A stretch of DNA of 64,000 nt from NCBI GenBank assembly GCA_010909165.1, contig MU008182.1, positions 434,001 through 498,000 of the forward strand, read 5' to 3'. Numbering within the stretch: position 1 is the stretch's first letter; the number at the start of each line of letters is the position of its first letter. Below, piece after piece: positions 13,501 through 27,400 of this stretch. The translations under genes were made by a program, and so were the position numbers. The DNA comes from Anthoceros angustus (Eukaryota > Plantae > Anthocerotophyta). The notes below the pieces were generated by a model that made no database searches, was not told where the DNA came from, and worked only from the letters and a program-made list of their open reading frames with translations.

Positions 13501-15950
13501 GCGACTTGTGAGCAAGAGGAGGCGGCGAGGAAACCCTAGGCGAGAGAGGAGGAGGCGGACTCGGCTCGAACACCACGGGTGTTTGGACCCAATTGGCGTG
13601 AAGGAGGCGGTCTTTGGAATTTGTCAGGCGGGAGCCACAGTCGAGGAGCCTAGCGGTGTGAGATTGAAGGGATTGAAGGCGAGGAGGAGCAAATGCGACG
13701 GAGAAAAGCAGCTCACTGGCGGCTTGCCCCGGAGGAGAAATCGCGAGGGGAAAGTGCGCTAGAAGGCTCAAGCCGGGGCTAACGTGTACTTGTGCCTCGG
13801 GTTGGGTATTCTGCTAGTGACAAGGAAGGGAGTGTTTGGGAGTAAAGCTTTGGAGCCCCACTGGAATTGGAGAGTAATTCTCCTCGTTAGAAGCGTTGGA
13901 AGTGAGAAAGGTGCCATGCCACGCGCTGGGAAGAGCAAGGGGAAGGAGCCACCTGCCAAAGGTTCCTCCTCGAGAGGAGGAAAGGGCCAGAAGCCAGCAG
14001 CAGGCGCTACGCCGCCAGGGGGAGGCGAGCTTATAATGCCCCAATTCACTTGTTTTGCAGGGCAGCTTAACCCCCGCGATTTGGTTGATTTTCGGCAATG
14101 GGCAGAGGAGGATAACATCCAATTGGGATGGGTGTATGGCCGCCAATGGGCCTACACCAATTTAGAGTTGATTGAGGAGTGCTTCATCAATCTCCATCAA
14201 TCGAGGCAGCCCTTGCGCGTTCGGAAAGGAATGCTCGAACGGATCCTCGCCTTTGGACCGTAAGGAGCATTCGGCAGTGTATGGGAGGCCGGAGGAAAGC
14301 TCGATTGCTCTCCTCGAAGGTCGAATGGAGGAAAGAGGGCGGCCCTCTCCGAAATTCGCAAGAGCTCCTCGACATGATGGACGGAGGTGAAGGCCCATGC
14401 CAAGAATGGCTGGAAAACAGAGAGCATCAAGGAGTGAAGTGGAGGCTCTTTGCGAAGATTGTCTTGGGGTTGGTGAATTACCAAAGGACTTCTTATTTCA
14501 AAGACCAACTTCCTCCGTTTTGTGGAAGATTTCCATGGGAGCCAATAGGATTGGGGAACAATTATGTATGAAGCATACATCCACCACGAGAAGCTCCTCA
14601 ATCGGTGGATGAAGAAGGGCCAGCCTTGCTACCTTAGCACCTATTTGGTGCATTTGTGGAAAGCAGGGACTCCTCACAAGCAAGGAGTTGGAAGATGCTT
14701 GGCATCCTTGGAGATAATCCATCTCAGCCAAGCTTGGAAAGGCCCTTGCCTTTTGCATTGAGGAAGGCGGTGGAGGTCGAGACCTCCACAAGCATGCTAG
14801 GAGCAGGCGGAGGATGTAGAGGCAACAAGGTTGCCTGGGAATCTTTTCCCCAGGGAACAGTGAAGAGGAGAGAACAGAACCGCCGCAGCCAGTTTTGTTC
14901 CTTCGAGATACAGCCGGCCGCCTACCCCAGGCCGGGAGGGAGATGAGCGAAAGTATGGAGGCTGCAGTACATGGAGGGAGGAGCACTGCGATGGCCGCAA
15001 GTCTGGCTGCCTGTCGAGGAGGAGGCGGGACAACGGATGTAGAGGCCACAGTGGCGCGCATACGGAAAAAGGTAGCGAGGAAACCGCAGTGCGGAGGCGG
15101 TGGAGGTTTGGGGAAAATCGCTCGGATCGAGGGCGTGGCGTGACGAAGGGACTATGGGTCAGGTAGAGCTAGGCGGCGGCAACTGGAGGCGGCGTGATTT
15201 TAGGCAGGCAGCGACATCATAGGTCCGGGGTTCCTTTTGGGGTTAGGGATAGGGTGTTCGAGAGCCCTGCAATCAGTCGTTGCCTCCTGAGATTGGTAGG
15301 GGTGCTCGTGGTAAGAGCTACAATTTTTAGACTCCTAGAGAGAGAAGTGAGTCAGATCTGGATCGGCAGTTTAGATGTATAAGAGACCCTTTGAGTGTCT
15401 CTCTCTTAGCATGCATTTACTGTGGAACTTCCATGTATTGAATCCTCGCGCTGGTTGATTGGAGACGCCCCGATCAACATCGAACCAACCGTTCGGAAAC
15501 ATCGCTCGTCACAAGAAGACCTGGAAGATCCCCCGCTGGATGGTCGAGAGCGAGTGGCCAAGCTCCACGTCTGGAATGTTAATTGGTGAGGGGCGCTCAC
15601 AAGGCTACTGAACCGGGCAAAGGTTGCTGCGAAAGTCGAGGTGAGATCGCCTGCCATGGGTGAATTGCCCATAACGATCTTGACCGTTCTCTCCTCGGTC
15701 TCCCCCCTCCTAGGGAGTTGTCCATCGAACGTGTTCTGCGATTCTATGAGGGGTGGGGTCCTGTGTGGCCAAAGGAAAGGTCTGTGAGATGCTGTGGCTG
15801 GCCCGAGAAAGTGGGAAGAGAGGGGTGTCCATGTGGGGCAAGGTTCTTGGCAGAAGAGGGTGAGCGCGTCACCGAGGGGAAGGGCGCGGAAAATGCGCAG
15901 CGATTTGAGAAACGCAGGTGATAGAAAGGGCAAAGCGAGTGGCGAGGGCC
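10560..15950. mobile_element. Two diverged copies of a retroelement-like segment with an uncharacterised accessory ORF (about 11340-12340 and 13915-14900, + strand)
   Basis: aataggggatatccactatatatgctc occurs at about 10571 and 13229. Shared peptides FAKIVLGLVNYQRTSYF and PCYLSTYLVHLW. A single N at 13223 lies at the junction. Confidence 0.55.
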
Positions 15951-17049
15951 GGAGGGCTTCGCCGCAGTGAGATTTCGCGTGATCCGAAGTCGTGGTCAGC
16001 CAATTCCTAAGTTCCGAGATCTGACTTCCCGAGAATTGAATTCATAGACCAGTGTGAGTCTAGGTGTGTGTGTGTGTGTGTAAGCCTTTAACTCTCGGAG
16101 ACTCCGCCTCGGAAGTCGAAAGTGACAACCTAGGGACAATGGACAAGGCTACGCGCATCGCTGGTGGGGGCCTACCAGCGGATTTGAATCAACCATCGCG
16201 GGGGCTTAATGTCACCAAGTGCATGGCTTTAACGCACCACTGCATGTGGTTGGGACCTCCACCGTGGTCGCATTTAGCTCGTGGTAGGGTAAAGATCGGT
16301 TGTGGTAGGTCTAGGACTGTGAGATTGGAACATCTTGACACAAAACCATTCCTTTTGGGATCGAATCCTAGGACTATAACGACATAGAGGGTAATGTGGC
16401 CTCTTTGCGCCTTTGGGACGCAAAAACCCCATTCCACACTAGCCTACATAATCACTAATAAGAGAGGAGAATTTGGGTCAGATTTACCGCCTTGGAGTTA
16501 CTTGTGCCCAGAGACAGGAATCCACATGCTGAGAATAACTTATGGCGATTGTATGGAGTTCCCAGGCCATATGATTCATGTCTGCAGTGAGTTTTCTAGG
16601 GCTAAGAAAATTTAGGAATTAATGTTTATTTAGCTTAAATATATTTTAATATTTTTAATCTATTTTCCGAATGTTCTTCAACTCTCTATGGGGTAGAAGA
16701 TTATTATGAATATCAGGAGTCTGAGGATGAAGACTTGGACTTAGATTGAGTGATAGGTTGAACTCTAGGCATGATTTGGGCGGTGTGTCTAATATGCCTA
16801 AACATTTCATGTGTTTTTCATGGAGTTCTATTCTAATGACTTTTCAATAAATCGACCGCGTTCTCTATAGTTTGAACATAACTAATGTCTATATAGTTTT
16901 ATCCTCTATTTTCTCTCGATGTAATGGTATTCAACAGAACATGTTTAGTTCTAGAATGGAAGGCAGGGGTTCCTTGACAAGGCTATAGCTCACGACTATC
17001 ACTCAACAAGGTAGGCTTTTCACGCTTGTGATGAAGTTCACTCAAGGTT

Positions 17050-19100
17050 AGCCTAGTCCATACTATGTCTTTAGCGAGGTTAGTACTCTATACTCATCGG
17101 TCTTTGGACAAGGCTATGGTTGGTTGTTTCTTACTTGACGATATTGGTGCTCCACCCAATAGCGATCGTAACGATCACGGATCTGCGTGTGTCGGTCACC
17201 GGCATAGTCGGCGTCGGTAGTAAGTAATGTCAACGTCTTTATGCAGTATACTTGAATGTCAATCATCTGTGCATAGTACCCTTGAGGTATCTGAATATGC
17301 GCTTAGTTGACATCCAATGTTCACGTCCTGGGTTCTCCAGGAATTGTGAGCAGGCGGCTTGAAGATATATACGGTGTGAAGTTGGATAAATATATAAGTG
17401 TGTGCAACATGTCGATATGGAACTGACATTTCCAACTTATCTTGTCTTTGTCTTTGGACTCATATCCATGGTAACCACGCTAGCAAAAGGTGTAGGCGGG
17501 TTTCATCTTCAAGTCAAACTTGGTTAAACTCTCTTTAATGTACTTGGTTTGAACAATACTTAAAGTCTTGTTTGCTCGATCTCTAATAATGTTGACACCA
17601 AGTGCATATGTCATTTCTCCTAAATCGGACATTTCATAAAAGTCTTGAGCCGACTTTTGATCTCGGCTAGGAGGTAAGAGAGTTTGTGGCCATGAATCGT
17701 CGTCGACGTAGAGCAATAGGTAAAGATATCATTGCACGATATTAGGATATACATGCATGCATCGGCATCACTTCAGGAAGCCTCTTTTGATGAGTTTCAC
17801 ATGTATGTCCATATTCCAATTTTACCAGTTGCTTGACCATACAAGCCTTTAATTAGTCTGCATACCCAATCTTCCTTGCCTTTAACCTCATAACCTTGGC
17901 ATTTCATGTAGATTTCTTCTTGAAAGGCGGCCATAGAGATATCTTGTCTTCACATCCATCATATGAGCTCAAGATCATGATGGGTACATTAGGCGAAGAT
18001 TATTCTAAGGAAGCAAACTTTGCTCTGGAGCGAATGTGGCCCATGGGAGGTAATCTAAACCCGGTATACTGAATCCCACAGCCACAAGGCGTGCTTTGTA
18101 TCTCTCAATGGAACCATCTCCTTTTCTCTTAATTTTGAATACCCATTTCTTTGGTGACTATCTTCCTACCCTTAGGTGGCTTAACAATTCCATGTAGAGT
18201 TACTAATGAGAGAGTTATATTCTAATCTACACTACCTTCCATAAGTCTTTTTCGAGAAGAGAAAGCTTGTTTTAAGGTAAGAGGTTCTTACGGATCTATG
18301 GTTGCCTTGTGTCGACTTGTGAGTAAAGTGATACAGGGAAGAGGATCATCAAAAACGCTAGATATCCTAAGGAGGTTCCTTCCATCCTGGTCCAGGATTT
18401 GAGGTTCTTAAGTTGTACCTTTGTGTAGGTTCATGTGCATCTTCCACGGGAGCAGGATCATTAAAAGGATCATGGTGCTCCTATCATCAAGAGTGTCGGC
18501 TCGACTGAATGGTGTCGCCATCCTGTGCTCTTGGATATACGATGTCGGGTCTCGAGGTCTTCGTCTGCATCGAAGCCGCCCGAAGTTTTTTGGGCTTGTC
18601 TAACCACGCTGTGGTGGTGAGAAATGGTCTCAGAGGAGGGTGGAGGGATATCAAGAGAACAAGGAATGCAACAAGTTCGACTGTTGGTGGCGCTCATATT
18701 GAGATCTAGCTTGCTTGGAAAGTGTTGATATGGTGTTCGACGAGTCGATTCCTTCATCTTGATTGAAGAAGTTGCGCATCATGATCATCATACTCATCAC
18801 ATCTCTTGAAGAATATAAGCGAGCAAGGTGATCCCACATACATTTAGAAGTTTTGCTTGTTGCATTGTCTTACCATATTAGTGCTAGTCCAGATCGGAGG
18901 TCTTGAGCTTTTTCATCCACGTCCCGGTTTCTTTGCTCTCGGAGCCTTGTGGTTTGGGTGTGGACCCACTTACAACGTCCCATAGGTCTCGATTGCGGAA
19001 AAGTGCACGCATTCGCAGGCGCCAAACATCATGCATTGAATCTGTCCTTCTCCTTAAAGCTGTCACCATAGTTGTGATTCACCACGGAAGGTCGTACTTC
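17050..19100 (-). mobile_element. Ty1/Copia internal region, degenerate (gag, RT and RNase H fragments; protease/integrase apparently deleted)
   Basis: Gag WRLRMRALFRNRDLWDVVSG; RT fragments ERYKARLVA, CRLIKGLYG, LYVDD, MSDLGEMTYALG; RNase H-start SKKQPTIALS-like near 17110. Confidence 0.85.
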
Positions 19101-20999
19101 ATCTTTGGGTGGATCCTTCTCTCCTCTCGATCGTCACGTCGGAACCATTGCGGTGGTCACTCTGCGACTTAGAGGCTGCGCCTCGCATTTCCTCATCATC
19201 ATGCGAAATCTTTGGCGCAAGGAGCAAAAGGAGAAACCTTTTACATCTTGGCGTGTTTGTCGGGATGACGGCGATGAGAAAGTTTGTGATGAAGAACTGA
19301 CTCGGCATGTTTGGATCGGTATGCTCAAGGAGGCGCTTATTGAGATCACGCACTTCTCTTGCTAACTCCTCTGCTTACTGCGTAGGGTGTGTTGATGGCG
19401 TGGTTCTCTGGCGAGAGTCTTTATCGAAGTTTCTTGCTTGTGTTGTTGTAACAGCATTGGAGAGAGGAAGAGGACACCTTGTAGATTTGGGATATGATCA
19501 AGGCGAGTTCAATTGCTTTCACTTGACTTAAACTAAAGATAGTAAGCAAGTTTCTTCTAGCAATTTCTATCTGCCTCCCTTGATCTTCTACTTTGATTAG
19601 AATAGAGCCAATGAAGTTAGCAATAAGTATGGAATCTCCTACTATCTTACTAGACTTCCTAGCAATTCTAATCTTTGCATTCTATATTCTATCTCTTGTC
19701 TTGGCCTTAATCTTCTTCCAATAGCCTTGCTTGCGAGGATTGAAGGGATCCATCGCGTTGAAGCAAGGATTGGATGCCGAGTGTGCATTATTGAAGATTA
19801 GGAACACCAAACATGGACAATCTATGACATGCAATCTAAAGAATCTATTCATCTTCTAAAAGAAATGAAGAAGAAGATGAAGAAGAAGAGTAGCATGTCA
19901 AGTTGCCCAATGCAAATGAGGCGTGACGTATACGATACCATGATGAGAATCATAGCGCTCTAGGTAGCAAAGCATAGCAACCAGATAGAAAAGCTTTTGC
20001 ACAAAGAGTTGTATGTAATAACATGGTAATATTTGAAAGGGAAATTTGAATATACATCAATGACATAGGCCAATATCGCACGAGGGTTTGTGATGGGTAT
20101 CAAAATGGTTCTATGGTACATAGATAGCGGAAAACACGAAAAATTAGGGTGTTCCACATGTGGATCAAGGATCCATGGATGATGATGGACCGAGAATGGT
20201 GTGCACGCTAACACAATACATGATTCCAAGGGAATGGAGACCCATGCCGTATGAAATTGCATTTACGCAGTAACGAGCAACTGCACTGTAGTAATTGAGG
20301 CTTATTTATGTATGTCCTCACGACCGCCAACCCAAAAGCGTAATACATGGACTTTCCGAAAGGGAATACATCGGTTGCACACCTCGCAATATGGAGGACA
20401 CCGTGCCTGCGTCGGATGAGAATGGCGCTGCATGCGCCCATTTTAATGTCGGCGCCTAACGCCATGGTCACTTGCTCGAATGTGCACGGAGAGTCAGGTA
20501 ATTGCGGCATGCCAAGATATAGCCGTGACCCCCGCCTCCTTGCAAGGTCATGAATGAGATGGTGCCGCCGTCCCAAACCGATGCCATAGTGAACTGAATT
20601 GCTTGTGGTCCATATATGGAGGGCCTTAGTTTTTATCCCCGCTTCTGTTCTTTGAGCAACACGCCTCAAACTATGGTTGGGGAAACAAAGTGTGATGAAC
20701 CCTAGGGATTTGGGAACTCTAATTCACTGCGACAATGTTCAATGAAGAAATCGATTTGATTCATGTAAGGGGCCCCGCATGCCCGTAGTAGTAACATTTT
20801 CTTTGGGATACGGGAGATAAAAAGTTCACTCATAACTCGATACTACGCTGGCCTCTTCCCATTGGCCATGACAACACCATCCAATCTATCTCTTACATTG
20901 TACCAACCAATGAATCACATCCTTACTCTTCACCGACTCTAAACCTTCTTCCTCGGCCAGACAACTTCATCACCATCATCCTCGCTATCGACATGCATC

Positions 21000-23900
21000 T
21001 ATGGAGGAGGGCACGATATGAGGTGAAGAGCATTCAATTTCTCTTTGATTGCTTTCTTGTCTGCGAGAGATGTTCGGATGTCACTTGAACCCATAATATA
21101 CAATAATGGTTTTACGGACGAAGAGCTTGGATGTTCGGAGGCTCAAACCTTTTCCTTGCCTTTCAATGTGCTGCAATGTCGCTATCGGACCGAAAGTATT
21201 CCCTACATACTTCCTTCAAAGGCATCCGTGTTCGGTCCGCCACCGCACAAGGAAATATGTGGACGGTGGTGGACACCAACAACCTTGGCCACCCAACGCC
21301 CTATTGTGAGTATCGCCCTCACAAGGCGTTACAATGAACATACCTTTTCAATCTCCATGATGTCACCATTCATCCTCTCCACTTCCTCATCACGTGCTCA
21401 ACGCTCGATATGCTCCTGTACATGTCCGTTGTGGCACATCCCTAATAATGCTTCGGAGAGCCTCATCCGCAACCGCAAGGGAGGCACATTTGCTTCGCCG
21501 CGCCCTATCATACCACTTCCACGGGTTTTCAAAACAAGTCCGATGTTATGGTCCACGATCGCTATGCGATCTCCTCGATCCTTCCAAATCATCCCACCAC
21601 TCCCCTCAACAGCATTCACATAAGTTGGTAACTTCAGCATCCCTTTCTTCAAGTGATCTACGCCATCACGTGCACTCAAGCCTCCTCCACTCCCTTTCTT
21701 GTCTTTCGCCTGCAATGCCATTAAGCGAGTTGGGCCGATGGTGCTGTTAGGCACAAACGACAAGAACTCCAGGCCATCTTCAGTTTCCCACAATGGAGAA
21801 GTCGAGTATTGTTTACTCCGAATGACCGTTACCTTTCCCCGTCCCACTTTGTCTTCTTGGGTAATTTTGAATCGGTGTTGGAACGAAGGTTGTTTAACTT
21901 CGACGGCACTTTGTACTTCCGACCTCCTTCTCACCGCATCGGCCACACAAATGAACGGAAATCAACTTCCGCCACCACCTTCACTCGGTGTGTAAGTCGC
22001 TCAAAATGTCTGCATATAGTTGGTAGGGTTCTAGCCTCTTTGTGTTTCGATGTTTCGAGAAACAAGAAAACATTTGGTCGACTTGATCGTGTGTATGCCC
22101 AACAAGAAGAAAACCAACCTTCACCTTCTCAAACGCTTCCTAGGTCGAGAGCATGTTGAGGTAAGCAAAGAGCAGATTCTTGTTCTCCTGCATGTGTTGT
22201 CCACGCAAATATAAAACTTTAGGAAGCAACCCTTCATAAGTGATCACATCTGTATAATAGAAATCCCAAATTTGCATCATTCCTCAAATTCGCATAGTGG
22301 AGATACGCCTTGAATGTGTAATTATGAATCATGCAACCCACTACATGCACCGTAATCTTGTCTTTCTTTTAAGTCCTTCGCCACCTTAAGATATGGGGAG
22401 ACGTTTTCGATCCATTCCATCGATACATAATAACATATACTTGTGTGGCTCCTTGTACCCTTTGTGCGATGCTTGTGAAGCTTTTTCCGTTCATCCATCG
22501 ACGGATACGATGCTTATCCAACGATCCCTCGATATACACCGCACAAATGAAAGTACAATGTTAGGGCTAGAGTACAGAGAACTGGAATCAAGAGGCGGAT
22601 GCAATCAAGGCATGATCAAGAACGTGAAAGGTCCAAAACATGCCATTGCATTCCAAAATTCCCAAAGACGCATAATCATGCATGCTTCAATCGACCATGT
22701 CGAGACACTAGTTTGAGCCTCAACATGGAGCCGGCAGCTGAGCCAGCCGGCAGACATGTATAGGCCGCAGGCATCGCGGCGGTGCTGCAGGGCAGCACAT
22801 GTCCATGGCGCATGCCACCATGTCCATGGGCGCATCGCCACCCATGTCCATGCGGTGCGCCGCACATGTCCATGCGGCATGCCACACATGCATGGCGCGG
22901 CATGCCGGACACATACGCATGCGGCCACATGTCATGGGCGCCGCATGCCGCCACACATGTTCATGGGCGCCGCATGCCGCCACACATGTCGCAGGGCGCG
23001 CAGGCACATACATGGGCGCATGCCGAACATACATGGCGCGGCATGCCGGGAACAAAGTGCGCCGCATGCCGCACAGATATGCGACATGCGTAACGCGGGA
23101 ACAAACATGCCATGTCGTGATACACGCGCACGCATATCATGAACAGCGTGTGGACATGAGGACACAGTGTGCATGCCGGCGTTGAACAAATTCATGCTGA
23201 ATGGTTCATCTGCGCCGCATTCGGGACCCACGTCATCGGCGGGCATGTTGGCAACAACAGCGGGCGCCGGCATGCCGGCGCCCTACTGCTGCGGTGGCAT
23301 GCATGCAATAGTGTTGCGGAATCACCACACATGAGGAATAGGTAGGAACCGATGCCCACACACTTGGAAGGTGAGCAATGGCTTTCGCGAGCACAACTTT
23401 GCCACGCTTATAGATTAATGTCCAAACGGCATTGGGCTTGGAAAGTCGTACCTTTTGGTGCAGTCGTGCTTCTTATGTTGAACTTCAATCCTGCATAATG
23501 AACATGTAAAACCTATTGGACTTGGGTATCTTCACCCGCTTTGAAGTTCTGATTCCCAAAGCGAAAAGTAGGCATATGAAATAAAGCGCAATCCTTTGTG
23601 CTCCATTTCCCTTTGTATTGTGTCCGGACCTCTAGCTTAGTGAATGTGTCCGCAAGTTATACACCTCCACGTTTGGCAAACGCTCGCCAAGTGGATAAAT
23701 GTAGAGTCCATCCACGCAATCGCACCCAAAGCATGGGAGGATTGCACCCGAGGACTTGGCTTATTCTCATCCCATGGAGCATTACACAATACCCTCCTCT
23801 TCAACTCTTCATATCTTGTTGAGCCGATGCGACACCAACGGAAGGCTTTCAGGATCTCATTGGAGCAGCACCCATGATGGGTTATAACTCGTCTTGAGTT

Positions 23901-24250
23901 GGCCTCAACTGGTCCGACAAGGGATGAAGAAATGTTTCTGCCGGCTGCTCAACCTCGAGGAACTCTCCCGCTCCCGGAAGCCTTCTTTGGTCAACATTTG
24001 GATGCACAATTTGTTGCAACATGGTTTCAAAATCCGCAACACACCCCTCTGTCTTAGAAGAAACAGCCCGGCGCTGAACCCGATATCTGTTCGCTTCGCC
24101 GCAACGTCTCGGACATAGGTTTTGGATGATAGGAAGGTGGACTTGCCTTACCGGTGGTGTCTGGAAAACATTCTCTTCATCCACATTTGGGTGTCCAACT
24201 TCTCCACCACTAGCATTTCCATTAAACACTCGGACCGCCTGCACAACCGC
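21000..24250 (-). pseudogene. Sola-type / DUF7869-like DDD transposase, frameshifted as assembled, with a probable intron at about 23451-22541
   Basis: Pieced across frames: CCNKLC (~24010), AIAWMD..F, SLW..RVKIPKSNRF, EPHKYMLLCIDGMD (~22408-22445), LPKVLYL.DN..ENKN..LFAYLNML, FEKVKVGFLLVGHTHDQVDQMFS (~22065-22135), HRFKI..KQYSTSPLW..DG (ORF 21398-21946), WVAKVV near the C-terminus. Confidence 0.82.
22720..23310. repeat. Array of degenerate GGCGCCGGCATGCCGGCGCC palindromes with CACACATG spacers
   Basis: Perfect 22-bp palindrome at 23262-23283, with many eroded copies (ggcgcggcatgccgg, gggcgccgcatgccgcc). Confidence 0.8.
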
Positions 24251-26639
24251 TCGCCACTCCGTACCTCCCTCCCAGGACTTCTATCCATTGCGTGTAGAGA
24301 TTCATATTTCTTGGAGTGGGAGGAAGAAAGCGAGGCACACGAGCTGATGAGTCCTCCTCCACCGGACTGCACTCAAGAAGTGAACATTTGTCGAGGCAAT
24401 GCGGAAGTGCGGCCCACACAGAGAACTCCACTTCACGCTTTATAACATGTCACCAATGCTCGATTGTAATTGCTTACTTTCTTTGAGAAGGTTGAGGCAT
24501 GCACGCAAGAGGCGAGTCATATCTGGCGCAAAATTGCTTGACGCTTTGGTTCTTCTTTCCGAATCGATCTCTAGATATTGGGAGGCATCTTCGCCTCAAA
24601 ATGAACATCGCCATCACGGTCCTCCGAATCGGCAACCACGTGACCCACATTGCCGTAAAGTTTCACTACAAAGGGTAATAGAAGTGAGGCACGTGGGTAT
24701 CACCTCGGCGTCATGAAGAATGTGCGTAGCTTGTAGCATGATGAGGTCTAGAACCTTGACGACCTCGCTGACACCAATAGTCGCCAACCTCGCAAACTAT
24801 AGCTAACGCTTGCTTGCTCGCAGTGTTGTACCTCTCCACATTCCGACCGTGGAACATTGAATGGGTGGAAAACGGGTTTCACGCGTTTCGAAAGCCACAA
24901 GCAAAGGCCAATCCTTCTCGCAAGAAGTAAAGTGGGACGCAAAATATTTTCCAAGGCATGCATCATTACTGACATCTAGCGGATCAAAACGGCGGCTCCA
25001 ATTTATGGTTTTAACCACGAAAAAAGCGTTCCATCTTCACCGCAACTAATTTAGGGTTTCTCCCATACGACACATGTCGCACCGTATTATAAGCACGGGT
25101 GTCTATTGTCGACCCACCGAAGTGAGCGTAACGACGCCATCTTCTTCACGCTCACCGGTTCGAAGGCAACAAGGTGGTACAAGTGCTCTCCGAATTCGGC
25201 AAGAATCTGGGCGACAGGGAATTCCCGGCTCCTTCACCGGGGCGGAAGGGCCCACACAAGTGCAGCCTGGCCAGCCAAGTAAGGCTCCGGGCGTGAGCAT
25301 CAACACGGCAGCTAACCCCACAAGCATCGCCACGCGGAGGTTGGTATTTGCTTCAACCCACACAACCATTGTTTTGGATGGGCACCGCCTTGACCCGTCT
25401 TGTGTGATTTCGTGAGAGGATATGGCAAGTGGAAGGCGGGAAGGAGGCTCTGGCCAGATCTGAGAGCTTGTGGACAAGCCAAAGCGGCATAAGAAACGAC
25501 ACTCAAGAAGGAAGAGGAGAGAAGTGGGCACTGCAGCATAGTGGAGGGGCAAAGGGTCCGCAAGTCTGGGTTCCCACGCTTCGAGAAACCAAGCTCGCAA
25601 AGGGAGCGCAAGGGCACAGGAAAAGGTTGGCCTTCCCAAGTCTCAAGGCTCCTCCCCGGATCCCATCCCATCTCCTTATACGTATGAGGAGGCACGCAGC
25701 ACACAAGCCAGTTGATGAAGTTGTTTTGTTGGAGAAGAGGTTGTTCACGCAATGGAGGAACTCAAGAGGACACAATGGTGTGGACTCCTTGTTAAAGCTG
25801 TGGATTTTGGGTTCAATGGTGCTTTGCACAATCGGAGGGCTAGGGATGGGTTCTGGCTACAATGGATGTGGTGGATGGTGAACCGGAGTTCCGTGTTTGT
25901 GCACATCCAAGCCTTAAGTGGAAGGGTTGCCACCGACACGATGACTACAATGTGTATGTGCTAAGGCCAAACTTTCACGGAAGTGTGAACCGTATATCCA
26001 AGGAAGTTCTTGGATGCTGGCGAATTGAAAATGTAAGTGCAAATGTTTCCCTCAACTCTCTCTAACATGATCGGTGTGTATTTGAGAGGTCGATAAAAGT
26101 AACACATGTCTTGTGTTAAAACCATGTGCGTGGTGGAAGATCATTTTATAGGTTTCTTTGTCGGTGATTACAGACTCCATGAAAATGCACCAGATGTCTT
26201 TGCGGAGGACAAGGTGGCCTTCCAGCTTTGCCTTTACTAATGCGAGAAGAGGAAGCGAGTTTGGACCCTCGATGAGGAGGATGGTCCCATTAGCTGACAA
26301 TCGGATGAGGAAGCCTCAAGACAAGAGGATGAAAGGGACAAGGTGCTTGTGCCAGTTAGTATACATTCCTCGATGAAGATGGGAGCAGGATGAACCCTTC
26401 TCTTCATGAGGGACTGGGAAGCCCGCAAATCAAGTGGTTTGTATCCAAGGATGGAGGGGCGGGGAGGAGGGCGCCTGCTGCCTCCGGGTGCCTTCACAAG
26501 GGAGAAGGCACCCTAGCACGATAGGTGGTGTGCAATCGGAGGCACCAAGCCGGTGAGCTAGTGGGAGTGGGGAGCCCGGCCAGGCGAAGAAACAAAATCT
26601 TTGGAGCCATGGAGATGTCTATGCAGGGTGGAGCGTGAG

Positions 26640-27400
26640 GAAGGCGCGGCATGCGGCGCCCTCCGATGGTGTGAGTGCGGGCGCGGCATGCCGCGCCCCA
26701 TGTCATTGGTGGAGGAAGGGGGCGGGGCCTTCGGCCCCCTCTCCCGGTATGGTTGATGTGGGGCAGCAGGCATGCCTGCGCCCTCCCTCTTGTGGCGTGT
26801 AGGCGGCCGGCGTCTTGCGCATGCGGCCGCCCTACAGCCTCGGATGGTGAAGATGGGGGCATGCCCGCTCCTTGTCTATTCGGCGGCGAGGATGCGGGCG
26901 GCGGCATGCGGCGCCCCTTCGGTGGAAGGTGGGGATGCGGGCGCGGCATGCGCTCGCCAGTGGAAGGTGGCGAAAGCGGGCGCATCCCTACTAATTATTA
27001 ACACGATAATATTTGAAGCGGTGAATATCTGACACTTTCTCGGACCAATTTGATTCATGGGTCCCAAAACCCATGATTCTTAATGTTCTCGGTTTACGCA
27101 TTTGGGTCTTATTCTTGCCTCGTCGGGTTTGGTCCGTTTGGACAAAATTTTGCCTCGGTATGGTGCAGGCGCATGTGTGTGGCGCATGCCGGCGCCCTAA
27201 AAGAAACTCAACAACTAATATAAAAACTATAATTGGATCTCGAACTGCGATCTATGATTCTTAGCGAGTTTTTACCACTTTACCAACTTTAGGAGACAAC
27301 AAAATTTTATGATATAAATAACATATATCAATGAAGGTGCCAATATGCTATGCTCTTATACTCCCTCCATAGGGCGGCATGCGGCGTCCTTAAATAGGTT
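26640..27400. repeat. Second cluster of degenerate GGCGCCGGCATGCCGGCGCC palindromes, between the transposase and MTase genes
   Basis: ggcgcggcatgcggcgccc (~26643), gggcgcggcatgccgcgccc (~26679), ggcggcatgcggcgcccc (~26900), ggcgcatgccggcgccc (~27181), gggcggcatgcggcgtcc (~27372). Confidence 0.7.

Noticed and set aside
20208-20669. Possible KDZ/Zisupton transposase
   Set aside because: It lacks the CxH and catalytic motifs. The recognisable transposase motifs at 22.0-22.45 kb and the 4-bp TSD fit a Sola type instead.
22605-23273. Stack of His/Met/Cys-rich ORFs on both strands
   Set aside because: Artefact of the CATG palindrome array, which lacks stop codons.
24133-24160. GKST Walker A-like peptide
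   Set aside because: It is preceded by a stop, has no Walker B, and lies in the transposase N-terminal region.
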